Part shown: piece by piece, positions 27,692-38,330 of the stretch | Layout: the number at the start of each line of letters is the position of its first letter | Position numbering within the stretch: position 1 is the first letter of the stretch | From: Candidatus Helarchaeota archaeon | Lineage (GTDB): Archaea > Asgardarchaeota > Lokiarchaeia > Helarchaeales > RDOG01 | NCBI GenBank assembly: GCA_019058315.1 | Contig: JAHPZH010000005.1 | Span: 96,001-160,000 of the forward strand | DNA length: 64,000 bases | Reading direction: 5' to 3' | Notes under the pieces: generated by a model | Told to the model about the DNA's origin: nothing | What the model saw: only the letters and a program-made list of their open reading frames with translations | Databases searched by the model: none | Program-made: the position numbers and the translations under genes

Positions 27692-28537
27692 TTGTTGCGT
27701 GAGCTTACAATTTTCCGTGGGCATGATAAAATTTTCCAACAAATATATGGTCATTCCTTAGATCTTTCATCATTAGTAGATTTCCTAAGGCAGATCAAGA
27801 AAGATTTTATTCAAATTATAAAGATTGTAGAGTTTAAAATCGCTTATGCAGTTAATAGAGAAAGAGATTTACTCTTCTTATTCATTACCGATTTTACAGA
27901 TGATGATCTAACAATTTATAATACTCTTGAACCTATGATTGAAGAATTCATTGAAAAATATGGAGAAAGTATAAAAACCGCTCCATCAGAAACATTTAAT
28001 TCATTCCTGGATATAGCGGATAGGGTTTTTGAAGAAGTTAGAAATAAAGTCACATTAATCGGATTTTCAGGGACTGGTAAAACCACAATCGCAAGGTTAT
28101 TGGAAAAAAAGGAATTACCGAAACGTCACATTGCCACAATTGTTGGAAATGAAGTTAAGATTCCATTAACTGATGGGACTAAACTTTATTTTTGGGATAG
28201 TGCAGGGCAAGAGAGATATTCAAAAATGTGGCCGAAATTTATTGAGGGAGCGGATCTCGTCATGCTTATTGTCGATTCTACAGAAGAAAACGTTCATGAA
28301 TCTCGTTTATTCTTAAAATTAATTGAAGATAATGAACCAGCAGCAAAAGTTGTAATAATAGCCAATAAACAAGACTTACCAGACAAATTGTATCCTCAAG
28401 AAATTCAAAAACGATTAGTAGATAAAAGATTAGGGGAAATTCCCACATATGGTTTTGTAGCTCTCGATCCTGAAAATCGTACAAAAATGTTGGAGATTAT
28501 TAAAGATAACTTACGACTATATTCGATTAAATTTTGA
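27692..28537 (+). CDS. Longin-like domain fused to Arf/Rag-like small GTPase
   Basis: About 115-aa N-terminal longin-like region (MLRELTIF...LLFLFITDFTDD) then GFSGTGKTT, DSAGQE, NKQD; typical Asgard architecture. Confidence 0.85.
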   Translation: MLRELTIFRGHDKIFQQIYGHSLDLSSLVDFLRQIKKDFIQIIKIVEFKIAYAVNRERDLLFLFITDFTDDDLTIYNTLEPMIEEFIEKYGESIKTAPSETFNSFLDIADRVFEEVRNKVTLIGFSGTGKTTIARLLEKKELPKRHIATIVGNEVKIPLTDGTKLYFWDSAGQERYSKMWPKFIEGADLVMLIVDSTEENVHESRLFLKLIEDNEPAAKVVIIANKQDLPDKLYPQEIQKRLVDKRLGEIPTYGFVALDPENRTKMLEIIKDNLRLYSIKF

Positions 28538-28644
28538 GTTTTTTTAATTTCAAACTGTTGAATTTTTTAATATAAGCTCAAGTCTAATTTATATTCATTA
28601 GAAGAAAAATAAATTAAAAATAATAACGACTTTTATTGAAAAAA

Positions 28645-28875
28645 TTAACCAATTTTCTTTAGATATTGGTCTCTACACTTTGGACATTCTGGTTCATGTA
28701 GAGGATCACTGAATGTGGAGTCCCAAGCGCAGTTGGGGCACTTTAAGAGATCTCCCGAGTGCATAATCCTGTAAAGCTTATTATGTCCTGTGGTACAATC
28801 GGGACAAACAGGAACCATTATAGCTTCTTCTTCTGAGAATTCATATTCGCATCTAGTGCATTTATATTTTACCAT
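28645..28875 (-). CDS. Small multi-zinc-ribbon protein
   Basis: Four CxxC pairs: CTRC, CPDC, CPNC, CPKC; SD GGAG upstream. Confidence 0.75.
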   Translation of the reverse strand: MVKYKCTRCEYEFSEEEAIMVPVCPDCTTGHNKLYRIMHSGDLLKCPNCAWDSTFSDPLHEPECPKCRDQYLKKIG

Positions 28876-28921
28876 ATTAAACTCTCCATTTTCTAAGAAA
28901 AAAAATTATAGAATGATTATT

Positions 28922-30121
28922 TTAAGATATCGATATTGGAAAGTTTTCGGGTTCTTCACCTTCGTCAACACGTTCTATGTGAGCTTGGAATAACTTTTCT
29001 TTTTTAATTTTTGCTGCCTGATTTGTAGCATCCGCATATTCAAATCTACTTGAATCCTTTCCTTTCCAAATCCAAATTATATTCTGACCAGGGTCCGATA
29101 TAATTGCAACCATTTTACTATTGATGGCATCTGTCTCTTCTAAGCCTTCCCTCTTTACTTGGTATATCTTTAGTTCCATTGCTTCTTCTTCAGGCATTTC
29201 ACTTGTCAGCATAATTTTAATCTTAGGTCTATCTGCACTACGCCAACCACAGCTCGTGTTCGGGCAGTATTTCCGTATTAGCTGCTTTTCACCTTCTACA
29301 AATTTATATTCTTCATAAGTTGGGAAGCCACATTTGGGACATGGACCGCCTTTTACCGTTTCTTCAGCTTTTTCATAAACAGGTTTCTTAGGAATTTGCT
29401 CTTTTAATTCTTCTATTTTATTATTAAGTTCTGTGATTTTTTTATTTAATTCATCCGTTTCAGTATTAGCTGCATCAATTTTACTATTTAATTCATTAAT
29501 TTTTTCGTCTTTTACTGAAACTTCTTTTTTTAGTGAATCGAACTGAGCTAATTGATCCTCAAGATCCTTTATTTTTGATTCATTCTCAGATTTAAGGTTT
29601 TCTAGCTCGGAAACGTTGCCCTCCAATTCTGAAGCTTTACTCTTCAGATCAGAAACTTCGCCCTCCGATCCCGCACTTTTGTCTTTTAATGTAGAAATTT
29701 CATTTTTTTGTTCGTTAATTTGATTCTCCAGTTCGGAAATTTTACTATTTTTATTAGAAACCTCCTTGTCCAACTCTTCAAGTTCATTCGTTTTATCTGA
29801 GATCGCTTTTTCCAATTCGGATATTTTTTCTTTTTTTTCGTTTAAAGAATTTTCAGCATCTTTTTTAGTTGTAGAAAGTGAATTATTCAAATCATTAATT
29901 TTATTTTCTAATGAAGTAATGGTTTCTTTTTTTTCTTTAAGCTCGGTTTCTAAATTTTCTAGAATAGTTTTTAATTCATCATGATTCTTAGTTAATTCTG
30001 CAACGATTTTTTCTTGTGATTCTATTTTTAAATTTAGATCTAGAATATCAGTACCCAGAATTTTATGACTTTTACTTGGATTGCTTCTAATTTTATTAAG
30101 AAGATCTTTATCAATCGGCAT
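28922..30121 (-). CDS. Coiled-coil + zinc ribbon + C-terminal gelsolin-like domain protein
   Basis: About 230-aa heptad coiled coil, CPKC...CPNTSC, then IWIWKGKDSS..E...A..A...RVDEGEEP.NF gelsolin consensus; ATG at 30121 preferred over the ORF-track start at 30157. Confidence 0.8.
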   Translation of the reverse strand: MPIDKDLLNKIRSNPSKSHKILGTDILDLNLKIESQEKIVAELTKNHDELKTILENLETELKEKKETITSLENKINDLNNSLSTTKKDAENSLNEKKEKISELEKAISDKTNELEELDKEVSNKNSKISELENQINEQKNEISTLKDKSAGSEGEVSDLKSKASELEGNVSELENLKSENESKIKDLEDQLAQFDSLKKEVSVKDEKINELNSKIDAANTETDELNKKITELNNKIEELKEQIPKKPVYEKAEETVKGGPCPKCGFPTYEEYKFVEGEKQLIRKYCPNTSCGWRSADRPKIKIMLTSEMPEEEAMELKIYQVKREGLEETDAINSKMVAIISDPGQNIIWIWKGKDSSRFEYADATNQAAKIKKEKLFQAHIERVDEGEEPENFPISIS

Positions 30122-30260
30122 AATAATCCCATGAAAATGTAATTTTATTTTTATCAATTAACATATAATCAATTAACATATATTTTTAGGAATCTTAGCT
30201 TATTTAATTTTTCAAATTCAGTTTATTCAGTTTTTCATTGTTTCTTTAAAATAATAATTT

Positions 30261-30761
30261 TTATTCTTCAATTTCAAGCATTGTTACAGAATCACCTGTA
30301 ATCTCAACAAAACCTTTCTCAACTAAAAGGGGAACTACTCTATTTTTTATAACAACTGCTGGAATTTTAGTTCCTTTATGTAACTCATCAAATGTAGCTG
30401 TATGTTCAGTACTTTCAGACAAGGTAATCAAAATATCTATAGATTCTTTCTGTGAAGGTAACCAGCTTGAAATTATCTTAGTAGAATATCTATATCCTTC
30501 CAATTTTTTATTCAAAGAGCTGTTCTCATTTTTTAATGGTTCAATTTCATCCTTCAACTTCATAAGTTCATTTTTTTCTTGTTCCAATTCTTGAATTTTT
30601 TCCTTAGTTCTTTGTAATTCGGCCTCCAATTCATCAATTTTATTGATTTTGTCTTTAGTTGTTTCTACTTCTTCTTTTAATTGCTCAATTTCTTTATTCT
30701 TTTCATCTAATTCGTTTTTAACAAGTGCCTTCAATTTTTCTAAATTTTCTAATATTGACAA
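30261..30761 (-). CDS. Coiled-coil protein with C-terminal winged helix
   Basis: Heptads for about 90 aa, then TFDELHKGTKIP...LVEKGFVEI; SD GGAGG upstream. Confidence 0.7.
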   Translation of the reverse strand: MSILENLEKLKALVKNELDEKNKEIEQLKEEVETTKDKINKIDELEAELQRTKEKIQELEQEKNELMKLKDEIEPLKNENSSLNKKLEGYRYSTKIISSWLPSQKESIDILITLSESTEHTATFDELHKGTKIPAVVIKNRVVPLLVEKGFVEITGDSVTMLEIEE

Positions 30762-30868
30762 ACTTGAACCTCCATTGATTCATCCTCTTTTTTCTCAATG
30801 AGAAAATTAATTTTGGTTGACTAGTGTTATTATTCATTTTACTATAAGTATCTAAGTGGTAATAAAAA

Positions 30869-31714
30869 TTGATAGATTATCATATTCACTCAAAATTATG
30901 TCGTCATGGAGAAGGAGATTTAGAAGAATATGTTAAGTCAGCAATTAAAAAAGGTCTTATTGAAATTGGATTCTGTGAGCACTTCCCACAAGAATTTTTA
31001 ATTGAGGATTTACCTAAAAAATACCATAATTTAATTCCAATTGAAGATTATGCAATGCCATTTGATGAATTTCCTAATTATGTTGAGGAAGTATTGAGAC
31101 TACAAGCAGATTATAAAGATAAGATGATAATTAAATTAGGAACAGAATTTGATTTCTTAAAAAATAAAATTGACTTCATTTCTAAAGAAATAAGAAAATA
31201 TCCATTTGATTATGTTTACGGTTCTATCCATCAAATATATTTTAATGGAAAACCATTTGCATTTGATGATAGTCGATTCTTAAATTTTTATGATGAATAT
31301 GATATAGACCTTCTTTATGAAATTTATATTAAAGCCTTAGAACAATTAATTAGTTCAAAATTATTTGATGTTGTTTCACACTTAGATTTAATGAAGAAAT
31401 ATGGGTTTAGACCTAAAGATACAAGCAAATATAAATCATTAATAAACCAAATTTTAACTTTAATTCAAAAAAATGATTTAATTATCGAATTGAATACCGC
31501 AGGATCACGAAAGAAAGTAGGCGAATTTTATCCTGAAGATTTTATTTTACTCGGAGCATATGAAAAAGGAATCGATATCACTTTAGGCTCAGATGCACAT
31601 AAACCCAATGAAGTTGGTTATAAATTCGATGAAGCCATAAATAAATTAAAAAATATTGGTTTTGAATATATAATAAAATTTACAAGGAGAAAAAAGCAGG
31701 AATATTATATTTAA
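30869..31714 (+). CDS. hisK: PHP-family histidinol-phosphatase
   Basis: DYHIHS..CRH, FCEH, GTEFD, DYVYGSIH, SHLD, ELNTAG, GSDAH. Confidence 0.85.
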   Translation: MIDYHIHSKLCRHGEGDLEEYVKSAIKKGLIEIGFCEHFPQEFLIEDLPKKYHNLIPIEDYAMPFDEFPNYVEEVLRLQADYKDKMIIKLGTEFDFLKNKIDFISKEIRKYPFDYVYGSIHQIYFNGKPFAFDDSRFLNFYDEYDIDLLYEIYIKALEQLISSKLFDVVSHLDLMKKYGFRPKDTSKYKSLINQILTLIQKNDLIIELNTAGSRKKVGEFYPEDFILLGAYEKGIDITLGSDAHKPNEVGYKFDEAINKLKNIGFEYIIKFTRRKKQEYYI

Positions 31715-31931
31715 TTTGAAAAACTTTTTTAAAAAAACTAATTTTTCCTAAATTCATAATCTTGAATAAATTAATTTGTTGATATTTAGACTAATTTGAA
31801 AAAAGTAATATAGAATTTTATTTGAAATAAAATTAATTATTTAAAGCAATTACTTAATTACTAACAAAATAATTCTAACAAAATAATTAAAAAGAAAGAA
31901 TATCTAGAATGAATAAATTTGATTAATTTTC

Positions 31932-32435
31932 GTGTTGATAATAATGGCTGTAAAAAACGACGTTTTAAAAGAGACTTTTGAAAAAGTTAAAGAATTTTTA
32001 ATTAAGATAGGAATTAATGAAAAAAATATTATTGAAAATGAGGAAGAAAATTCCTTTGAAATTCCTCTTACGATAGAGTTTGAAAATTCTGATCCTATTA
32101 TTTTAAAAACTAAAATGTTAATTACTGAAAAATGGATTTTTTCAAAATGTCTAATCATATATGATAATAAACTTCCTTCTGGAAATATTAAAAATTTACT
32201 TTATCAAGAGTTGCTAAAAGCAAATTTTGACTTAGCAGAAGTTACTTTTAGCTTAGATCAAGTGAATAATATTTATATTGAGACAGATATGCCAACAACC
32301 ACACATTATGAGAATTTTCAATCCGAATTTCAGAGTATACCATTCGGAGTCCTCCACTTCTTTAATGATATTGTTCCAAAAATTAGTAGCGAAATAAAAC
32401 GTCAGAATACCTTTGATCGATCAATGTATGTTTAA
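31932..32435 (+). CDS. Hypothetical protein, YbjN/type III chaperone-like fold
   Basis: LYQELLKANFDL.EVTFSLD..NNIY pattern. Confidence 0.55.
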   Translation: MLIIMAVKNDVLKETFEKVKEFLIKIGINEKNIIENEEENSFEIPLTIEFENSDPIILKTKMLITEKWIFSKCLIIYDNKLPSGNIKNLLYQELLKANFDLAEVTFSLDQVNNIYIETDMPTTTHYENFQSEFQSIPFGVLHFFNDIVPKISSEIKRQNTFDRSMYV

Positions 32436-32465
32436 TTATTAATCAAAATTCTTATGCAGTTGCCC

Positions 32466-33569
32466 TTATTCTTTCCTTATTTTTAATTTGATATCCTTTT
32501 TTTCTTCCATTTCCCTGAGCATTTTAATAAGTTCATTATATTCAATATCAAGCGACTTAGCTATTGAACGTGCTGATACATCACCTGTACATAATTCTCG
32601 AATTTTATATTCCTTCGGGCTCATTAATCCGAGTTGTACTCCCATGGGGCTTAATTTTTTAATATTTTTAGGTAGATAATCAGGTGTGCCCTCAGATGAG
32701 AAATCAATCCAATCTTTATCTTCATATTTATCTAGAATATCGATAACCTCGGATTTCTTAATAGAAGTAATCTCAGCAATATCATCAATAGACTTTTCTC
32801 CAGAACAATTTTCTAATACGAGACGTTCATCATCCTTGAAACCAATTGTCAATGATACAGGTTCAATCAATTTTGGATACAGCATTACAGGTTTTCTTGT
32901 TCTAGATATTGGTTCAATTATTCTAATCCGAAGCCAACCTTTATCTCTAAATTTTTTAATTACCTCATCAACTTCTTCACTTAATAAATTTGATTTTTTA
33001 CAGATATCTTCTACACAAGTATCTCCATCAATTAAATTTAATACAACTGATTCTGTAAGTTCGAATTTATCTTTCATTTTCAATTTTCGTAATAAATAAG
33101 GAACTCTTCGGATTTTAGCTTCAGTTTGATCCTGTTTTTTTGATATTAATGGTTCAATTACAGGACTTGAATTGAATGTAATTTCGGGAGCTTCAATTAT
33201 AGGAGGAAAATTTCCTTGTAATAGATCTTCTAACGGCGAACCATATTCATTGATTTTACTTTTAAAACCTAGAAGTTGACCATGTTTAATTGATTTAGCT
33301 TTGGCATAGAGAATTATTGCGATATTTTCACTAACTTTAAAGAATACTAAATTTAATGACGATAAAGGCATTGCATAATCATTAACTTTTAAAAGCGAGA
33401 AACTCGATCTCATAAAATTTTGTAAAAAATCAATATGTTCATTATATGCTTCATCTAAGTGATATAACTCACCATTCCTCCCTGCAATTGCAATATAGGC
33501 CCTTTTTGTTAACATACTGCCCATATAATCCGAAATTTCTTTAGCAATATTAGAAATTTGATTTTCCAT
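32466..33569 (-). CDS. Roadblock/longin-like N-terminal domain plus three winged-helix repeats
   Basis: Three repeats such as VLNLIDGDTCVEDI...KGWL, LENCSGEKSIDDIA...KDWI, ELCTGDVSARSIA...KKDI. Confidence 0.65.
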   Translation of the reverse strand: MENQISNIAKEISDYMGSMLTKRAYIAIAGRNGELYHLDEAYNEHIDFLQNFMRSSFSLLKVNDYAMPLSSLNLVFFKVSENIAIILYAKAKSIKHGQLLGFKSKINEYGSPLEDLLQGNFPPIIEAPEITFNSSPVIEPLISKKQDQTEAKIRRVPYLLRKLKMKDKFELTESVVLNLIDGDTCVEDICKKSNLLSEEVDEVIKKFRDKGWLRIRIIEPISRTRKPVMLYPKLIEPVSLTIGFKDDERLVLENCSGEKSIDDIAEITSIKKSEVIDILDKYEDKDWIDFSSEGTPDYLPKNIKKLSPMGVQLGLMSPKEYKIRELCTGDVSARSIAKSLDIEYNELIKMLREMEEKKDIKLKIRKE

Positions 33570-33977
33570 ATAAAAAAATGAAAGGTTTTGATAATATATA
33601 ATTATTGTATTTTTATTATATTAGATCTATTCACTAAGATAAAAATATTATGGAATTAACTCCCATTACATCTTATCTTTTGGATTACCGGATAATTGGT
33701 ATAAGAAATCTGGAATTTCATTAAAATGGTTTGATTTAATTGTTAAATTATCAAATTTTTTTAGGATAAATGAACTCAAAACCATTATAAATTCAATAAT
33801 AAATGATTTAAAAAATATAGAATTTCCTCTAGATGTTAAAAATGTTAGAGAAAAAGTTAGGTTATGGGTTTATTCTAATAAAATTTAGATGTTTTAATCG
33901 CTTTACTTGGACTTTGGAAATGGCAATGTTCGAAAAAGTAAAATACTTAACTAAGTCTGAATTAAGTAGGGAAAGTT

Positions 33978-36245
33978 ATGCAAAGTGATGAGGAAATAAA
34001 ACTTAGATCAGAAATTTCAGAATATGAGAAATTTCTTGATAAACATTCAATGAGGCAAAATCAATATATGGAAACATTAGTCAAGTACTTAAACGCAAGT
34101 TATGTCCTATCTAAAATTCGGGATAAGGCAGATATTCTTTTTAAAGTTTTTAAAAGATTGGAGAATTTTTCTAAACTTACTTCTGGAAAATTAATTTTTG
34201 ATAAACGTATTAATACACAAGTAATTATCGCTGGACTTTATTTAGAACTTGCGCAGATTCGGGATAAGGAAGCTAATGTAGTCAAAGCACATAAAGCCAT
34301 TGATCTCGCAGAAACACTTTTAATAAGTATAATTTCACCGATACCAAATCGTGATGAATTTAATTTAAAATTCGATTTATTACGCAGCTCTGGATTTATG
34401 ACACTTTCTGACGTTCGAGAGACTAAACAAAACTTGATAGAGGCAATAGAAATCATAGAACGTGCATATAAATTATATAGATCCAGAAAAAACCGAAATG
34501 ATTATTTTATAATGATGACTAACTTGGCAAATTCTTATTATTCATTAGCTGGATTTCAAGAAAAAGAAGATAATCTTTTAAGAGGTCTAAAGGTATATAA
34601 AAAGTCCCTTAAATTCCGTTCGAAATCTAATCGGATTATTTATGTGAAAAACCTTATTTTTATTAGTGCAATTTATTGCCAACTTGCTTCAATTAGAAAT
34701 GAAAAGAAACTAATTAAAAACTCGGATTCCACACTTAGTAAAGCTTTAAGAATCTATAATGTTAACAAAAATCCACTCGAATATGCAAGGATTTGTAATA
34801 CGATTGGGCTTGTTTATAATCATTTGACAAAACATCAAAATAAAGAAGAGATACTCACACAAGCAATTCAAGAGCTTAAAAACGCATTAAGAATCCTCTC
34901 TATTGAAAAATATCCAATGGATTATGCAATAAATCAATATAATCTTTGTCTATCCTATTTCTATCTATCCAAAGTTCGGGATAGATACAATAATCTATCA
35001 AAGGCAATTCAGTTTGCTCACGAATCCCTAAATATTTACAAATTTAATAAATTTCCTCTAGATCACATGAATACCCAAATTCTTCTTGGGATTGCGTATC
35101 TAGAATTAGCTTATTTTAGAGAAAGAAATGATAATTTAAATAAAGGTTTAAAATCCTTGGAATTAGCCGTAACGATTTTTTCCAAAAGGAAATATCCAAT
35201 AAAATATGCTATAATTAAAATTAATATGGGGGTTTACTATGTTTATTTTGGAACTATACGTGGCAAAGAAACAAATCTAAAGAATGCTATTGCATCATAT
35301 AACGAAGCACTAGGCATTTTAACAATCGAAAAAAATCCAACTTCTTATGCATTAATTCAACATAACCTAGGAGCAGCTTTTTTCCATCTCGCTGAAGTTC
35401 GAAATACAAGGAGTAACCTAGCAAATGCATTATCAGCTTACAAAGAAGCTCTTAAGATTAGAAATATTGACGAATATCCTCGAGATTATTTTATAACACA
35501 AATAAACCTCAGTACAACATATTCATATTTATCATTATTTCAAGACGAAGATGAGAATATAAGTAAAGCATTTGCAGCTTATAAAGAGTCATTGAAAATA
35601 ACAACCATTGAAAAATTTCCATTAGATTACGCATTAATTCAAGAAAATCTTGGATATATATATGGCAATCTTGCTATAATTCGGGATAAAAAAGAAAATC
35701 TTAATAAATCAATAAAAGCGTATTATGAAGCTTTAAATATCATAACCTTAGAGGAATTTCCTCTTATTTATGCTAGAATTCAAATTGCCCTCGGAGCTGT
35801 TTATAATAATCTTTCAGAGGTTTCTGGAGACGAAAATTTTCTTTCTAAAGCTATGGATGCTCTTGAAGCATCAGCAAAAGTTTTTTCATTTAGAAATTAC
35901 CCTCTTTTCTATGCTCAGATCCAACATTATCTTGGAAATGTTTATAAGGTCATGGCGAAGTTCCGAGAAAAAGAAAAGAATATCGCTTTTGCAATCCAAG
36001 CTTATAAAGAAGCTCTAAGAATTAGAATCCACGAAAAGTACCCAATTGATCATGCCGAAACGCAGTTTAATCTAGCTAGGGCATATAATACCCTAGCTGA
36101 AATCGGAAACAAAAAAATAAATTTGGAAAAAGCAATTCGGGCTTATGGAATCGCCTTGAATACATTTACTGAAGAAAAATATCATATAAAAACTGAAATG
36201 ATTAAAAATGAATTGGAAATCGCTATAAATAATTATTCGGGATGA
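33978..36245 (+). CDS. Tetratricopeptide-like repeat protein
   Basis: More than 10 repeats of YP.DYA..Q.NLG.AY..LA..R....NL.KAI.AY.EAL.I. Confidence 0.9.
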   Translation: MQSDEEIKLRSEISEYEKFLDKHSMRQNQYMETLVKYLNASYVLSKIRDKADILFKVFKRLENFSKLTSGKLIFDKRINTQVIIAGLYLELAQIRDKEANVVKAHKAIDLAETLLISIISPIPNRDEFNLKFDLLRSSGFMTLSDVRETKQNLIEAIEIIERAYKLYRSRKNRNDYFIMMTNLANSYYSLAGFQEKEDNLLRGLKVYKKSLKFRSKSNRIIYVKNLIFISAIYCQLASIRNEKKLIKNSDSTLSKALRIYNVNKNPLEYARICNTIGLVYNHLTKHQNKEEILTQAIQELKNALRILSIEKYPMDYAINQYNLCLSYFYLSKVRDRYNNLSKAIQFAHESLNIYKFNKFPLDHMNTQILLGIAYLELAYFRERNDNLNKGLKSLELAVTIFSKRKYPIKYAIIKINMGVYYVYFGTIRGKETNLKNAIASYNEALGILTIEKNPTSYALIQHNLGAAFFHLAEVRNTRSNLANALSAYKEALKIRNIDEYPRDYFITQINLSTTYSYLSLFQDEDENISKAFAAYKESLKITTIEKFPLDYALIQENLGYIYGNLAIIRDKKENLNKSIKAYYEALNIITLEEFPLIYARIQIALGAVYNNLSEVSGDENFLSKAMDALEASAKVFSFRNYPLFYAQIQHYLGNVYKVMAKFREKEKNIAFAIQAYKEALRIRIHEKYPIDHAETQFNLARAYNTLAEIGNKKINLEKAIRAYGIALNTFTEEKYHIKTEMIKNELEIAINNYSG

Positions 36246-36342
36246 TCATATACCTGAAGTAGGTTTTTATAAAAACATGATTTTAACAAGTTAAAGAAAA
36301 CATATAAAAAAATGATATCTATAGAATTTTTTGCATTTTTCT

Positions 36343-36825
36343 TTATTTTTGTGCGTCTTCAAGAGATTTAAAAAAAGCTACGTTAATTTTTGCATTTAAG
36401 GGGAATAATTTAACATTATCAGAAATATTTTTGAGTTTAATTGTTAATCCCCCTATTGATCCAAGAAAATGTTTCTGACCTACATCATATATAATACATT
36501 TCCCTAAAAACATAGCAAAATCTTCTTTAATCTCATCTTTACTCATTTTTATAGAAAGCTCATTTTTTTCTCGAAGAAAATAATTAAAATTATCTTCAAT
36601 TGATTCTATCAAACTTATTGGAAGTTCTAAATCCACCTCGAAATCTTGCGAACTTATTTTAATATGTTGAATATTTGGTATATCGGTTTTAAAGTTTTCA
36701 AAAATTTCACCTGAAAACATTATTTCATCAACAAATCGACTTTTTTTTCCCTTTGTAACTTGTTTTGTTTTTATTTTTTTATCTGTAGGTTTTGGCTTCT
36801 TTGCTTTTGGCATTACATAGACCAC
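36343..36825 (-). CDS. Probable RNA polymerase subunit Rpo8/RPB8-like OB-fold protein
   Basis: FLGKCIIYDV...LGSIGGLTIKL resembles the RPB8/RpoG Y.M.G..Y....S.GGLL..L signature; basic N-terminal tail. Confidence 0.5.
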   Translation of the reverse strand: MVYVMPKAKKPKPTDKKIKTKQVTKGKKSRFVDEIMFSGEIFENFKTDIPNIQHIKISSQDFEVDLELPISLIESIEDNFNYFLREKNELSIKMSKDEIKEDFAMFLGKCIIYDVGQKHFLGSIGGLTIKLKNISDNVKLFPLNAKINVAFFKSLEDAQK

Positions 36826-36953
36826 TCATATATTTTTTAATAAATAGTATCTCCAAAATAAAAATCAATTTCTCAACTTTATTTTGATATTTAAAATAAT
36901 CTTAAACTATTTTTAAAATGAATTATTTTTTAATTAATTTTAGCATTTTTACC

Positions 36954-38264
36954 CTAACTAGTATCTTTAGGTAATTTGGGAGCATATATACTGAATAAAA
37001 TGATAGAAACGAGTAAAATACTTGAAGCATATATAAATGCAGAGGATGCTGAAAAAGTTTCATAGATATACCCAAATAAGAGTGTTTCAGGTATGCACAT
37101 CAATCCAATTAGTAAATAATATAACCCATATGCGCTACCTCGTTTTTCCTTTCCTGCAAAATCCCCGACAAATGCCCTAGAGACTGGATCAACTAATCCT
37201 TTATATAGACCATAGAGACCAAAGAATGAAGTAATTAATACTATAGATATTTCACTCGCTTTAATGGGAACACTTAAACCAATACATACAGTTAAAAGAA
37301 TTATTAATCCAAGGATAATTACTTTTTTACGACCAACTTTATCGGATAATCTTCCAGCATAGATAGCACTAATTGCATATGTTATATTTAATAGTCCATA
37401 AATTAGGGGTATTAATGTGAATGATGGTATAAAGGTTCCTAAACCAATTTTTGTAGCAAAATCTTGATAGAATTGAATTATAGGATTAACGGGAAAAAAA
37501 TCCCCCGCTCTAATAATTAAAAATGCAATATTTACCGCAGAAAACTCCATAATGCTTAGAATTAAAATTAATTTTATAAAATCTTTTGTTATTTTTTTTG
37601 TTTTAATAGTTGTTTTAGGAATTTTTACATCTTTTACAAATAATAACACAATTATTGCAATAATTCCTGGAAATATTGAACAAATAATGATATTTGAATA
37701 TGTTATTGATAGAAATAAAAGTAAAAAAACTATGAATGGAGCCAAAATTGCCCCTGTTGTGTCCATAGCACGATGGACACCAAAGTACTTTCCTGTTTTT
37801 TCAGGACGCCAATAACTAATAAGAGCATCCCTTGGAGACGTTCTTATACCTTTACCGAAACGATCTGAAAATTTTAAAAGAAGAATTGGCTCCCAAGTTC
37901 TTGCTAATCCAATTAAAGGTTTTGTTACATTTGATAATATATATCCAGACAATATTATTGGTTTTCTTTTTCCAATTTTATCAGAAAACCATCCCGAAAA
38001 GCCTTTAACTATATTTGCTGTCGCTTCAGCAATACCTTCAATTAAACCTAATATTGTTATACTAATTCCCAATGATAATAAATATAATGGAAAAACGATA
38101 ATTAGCATCTCTGAACTTAAATCTGTAAATAAACTAGTGAAGCCTAATATTAAGATATTAACGGAAACACCGATTACTGTCTTATCAACAGGTTTATCTT
38201 CAGATATATTTTCAAATTTATCTTGTGTTTTATCTTTCTCCAAATTCATCACAATTACAATCAT
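36954..38264 (-). CDS. MFS transporter
   Basis: SLFTDLSSEM, GWFSDKIGKRKP, DRFGKGIRTSPRDALI, FGVHRAMDTTGA. Confidence 0.92.
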   Translation of the reverse strand: MIVIVMNLEKDKTQDKFENISEDKPVDKTVIGVSVNILILGFTSLFTDLSSEMLIIVFPLYLLSLGISITILGLIEGIAEATANIVKGFSGWFSDKIGKRKPIILSGYILSNVTKPLIGLARTWEPILLLKFSDRFGKGIRTSPRDALISYWRPEKTGKYFGVHRAMDTTGAILAPFIVFLLLFLSITYSNIIICSIFPGIIAIIVLLFVKDVKIPKTTIKTKKITKDFIKLILILSIMEFSAVNIAFLIIRAGDFFPVNPIIQFYQDFATKIGLGTFIPSFTLIPLIYGLLNITYAISAIYAGRLSDKVGRKKVIILGLIILLTVCIGLSVPIKASEISIVLITSFFGLYGLYKGLVDPVSRAFVGDFAGKEKRGSAYGLYYLLIGLMCIPETLLFGYIYETFSASSAFIYASSILLVSIILFSIYAPKLPKDTS

Positions 38265-38330
38265 TTAAAAAATTTATAAGTTTTATTTAATCATTAGTGA
38301 ATTGTATAATAAAAAAAAAGGAAATACCCC

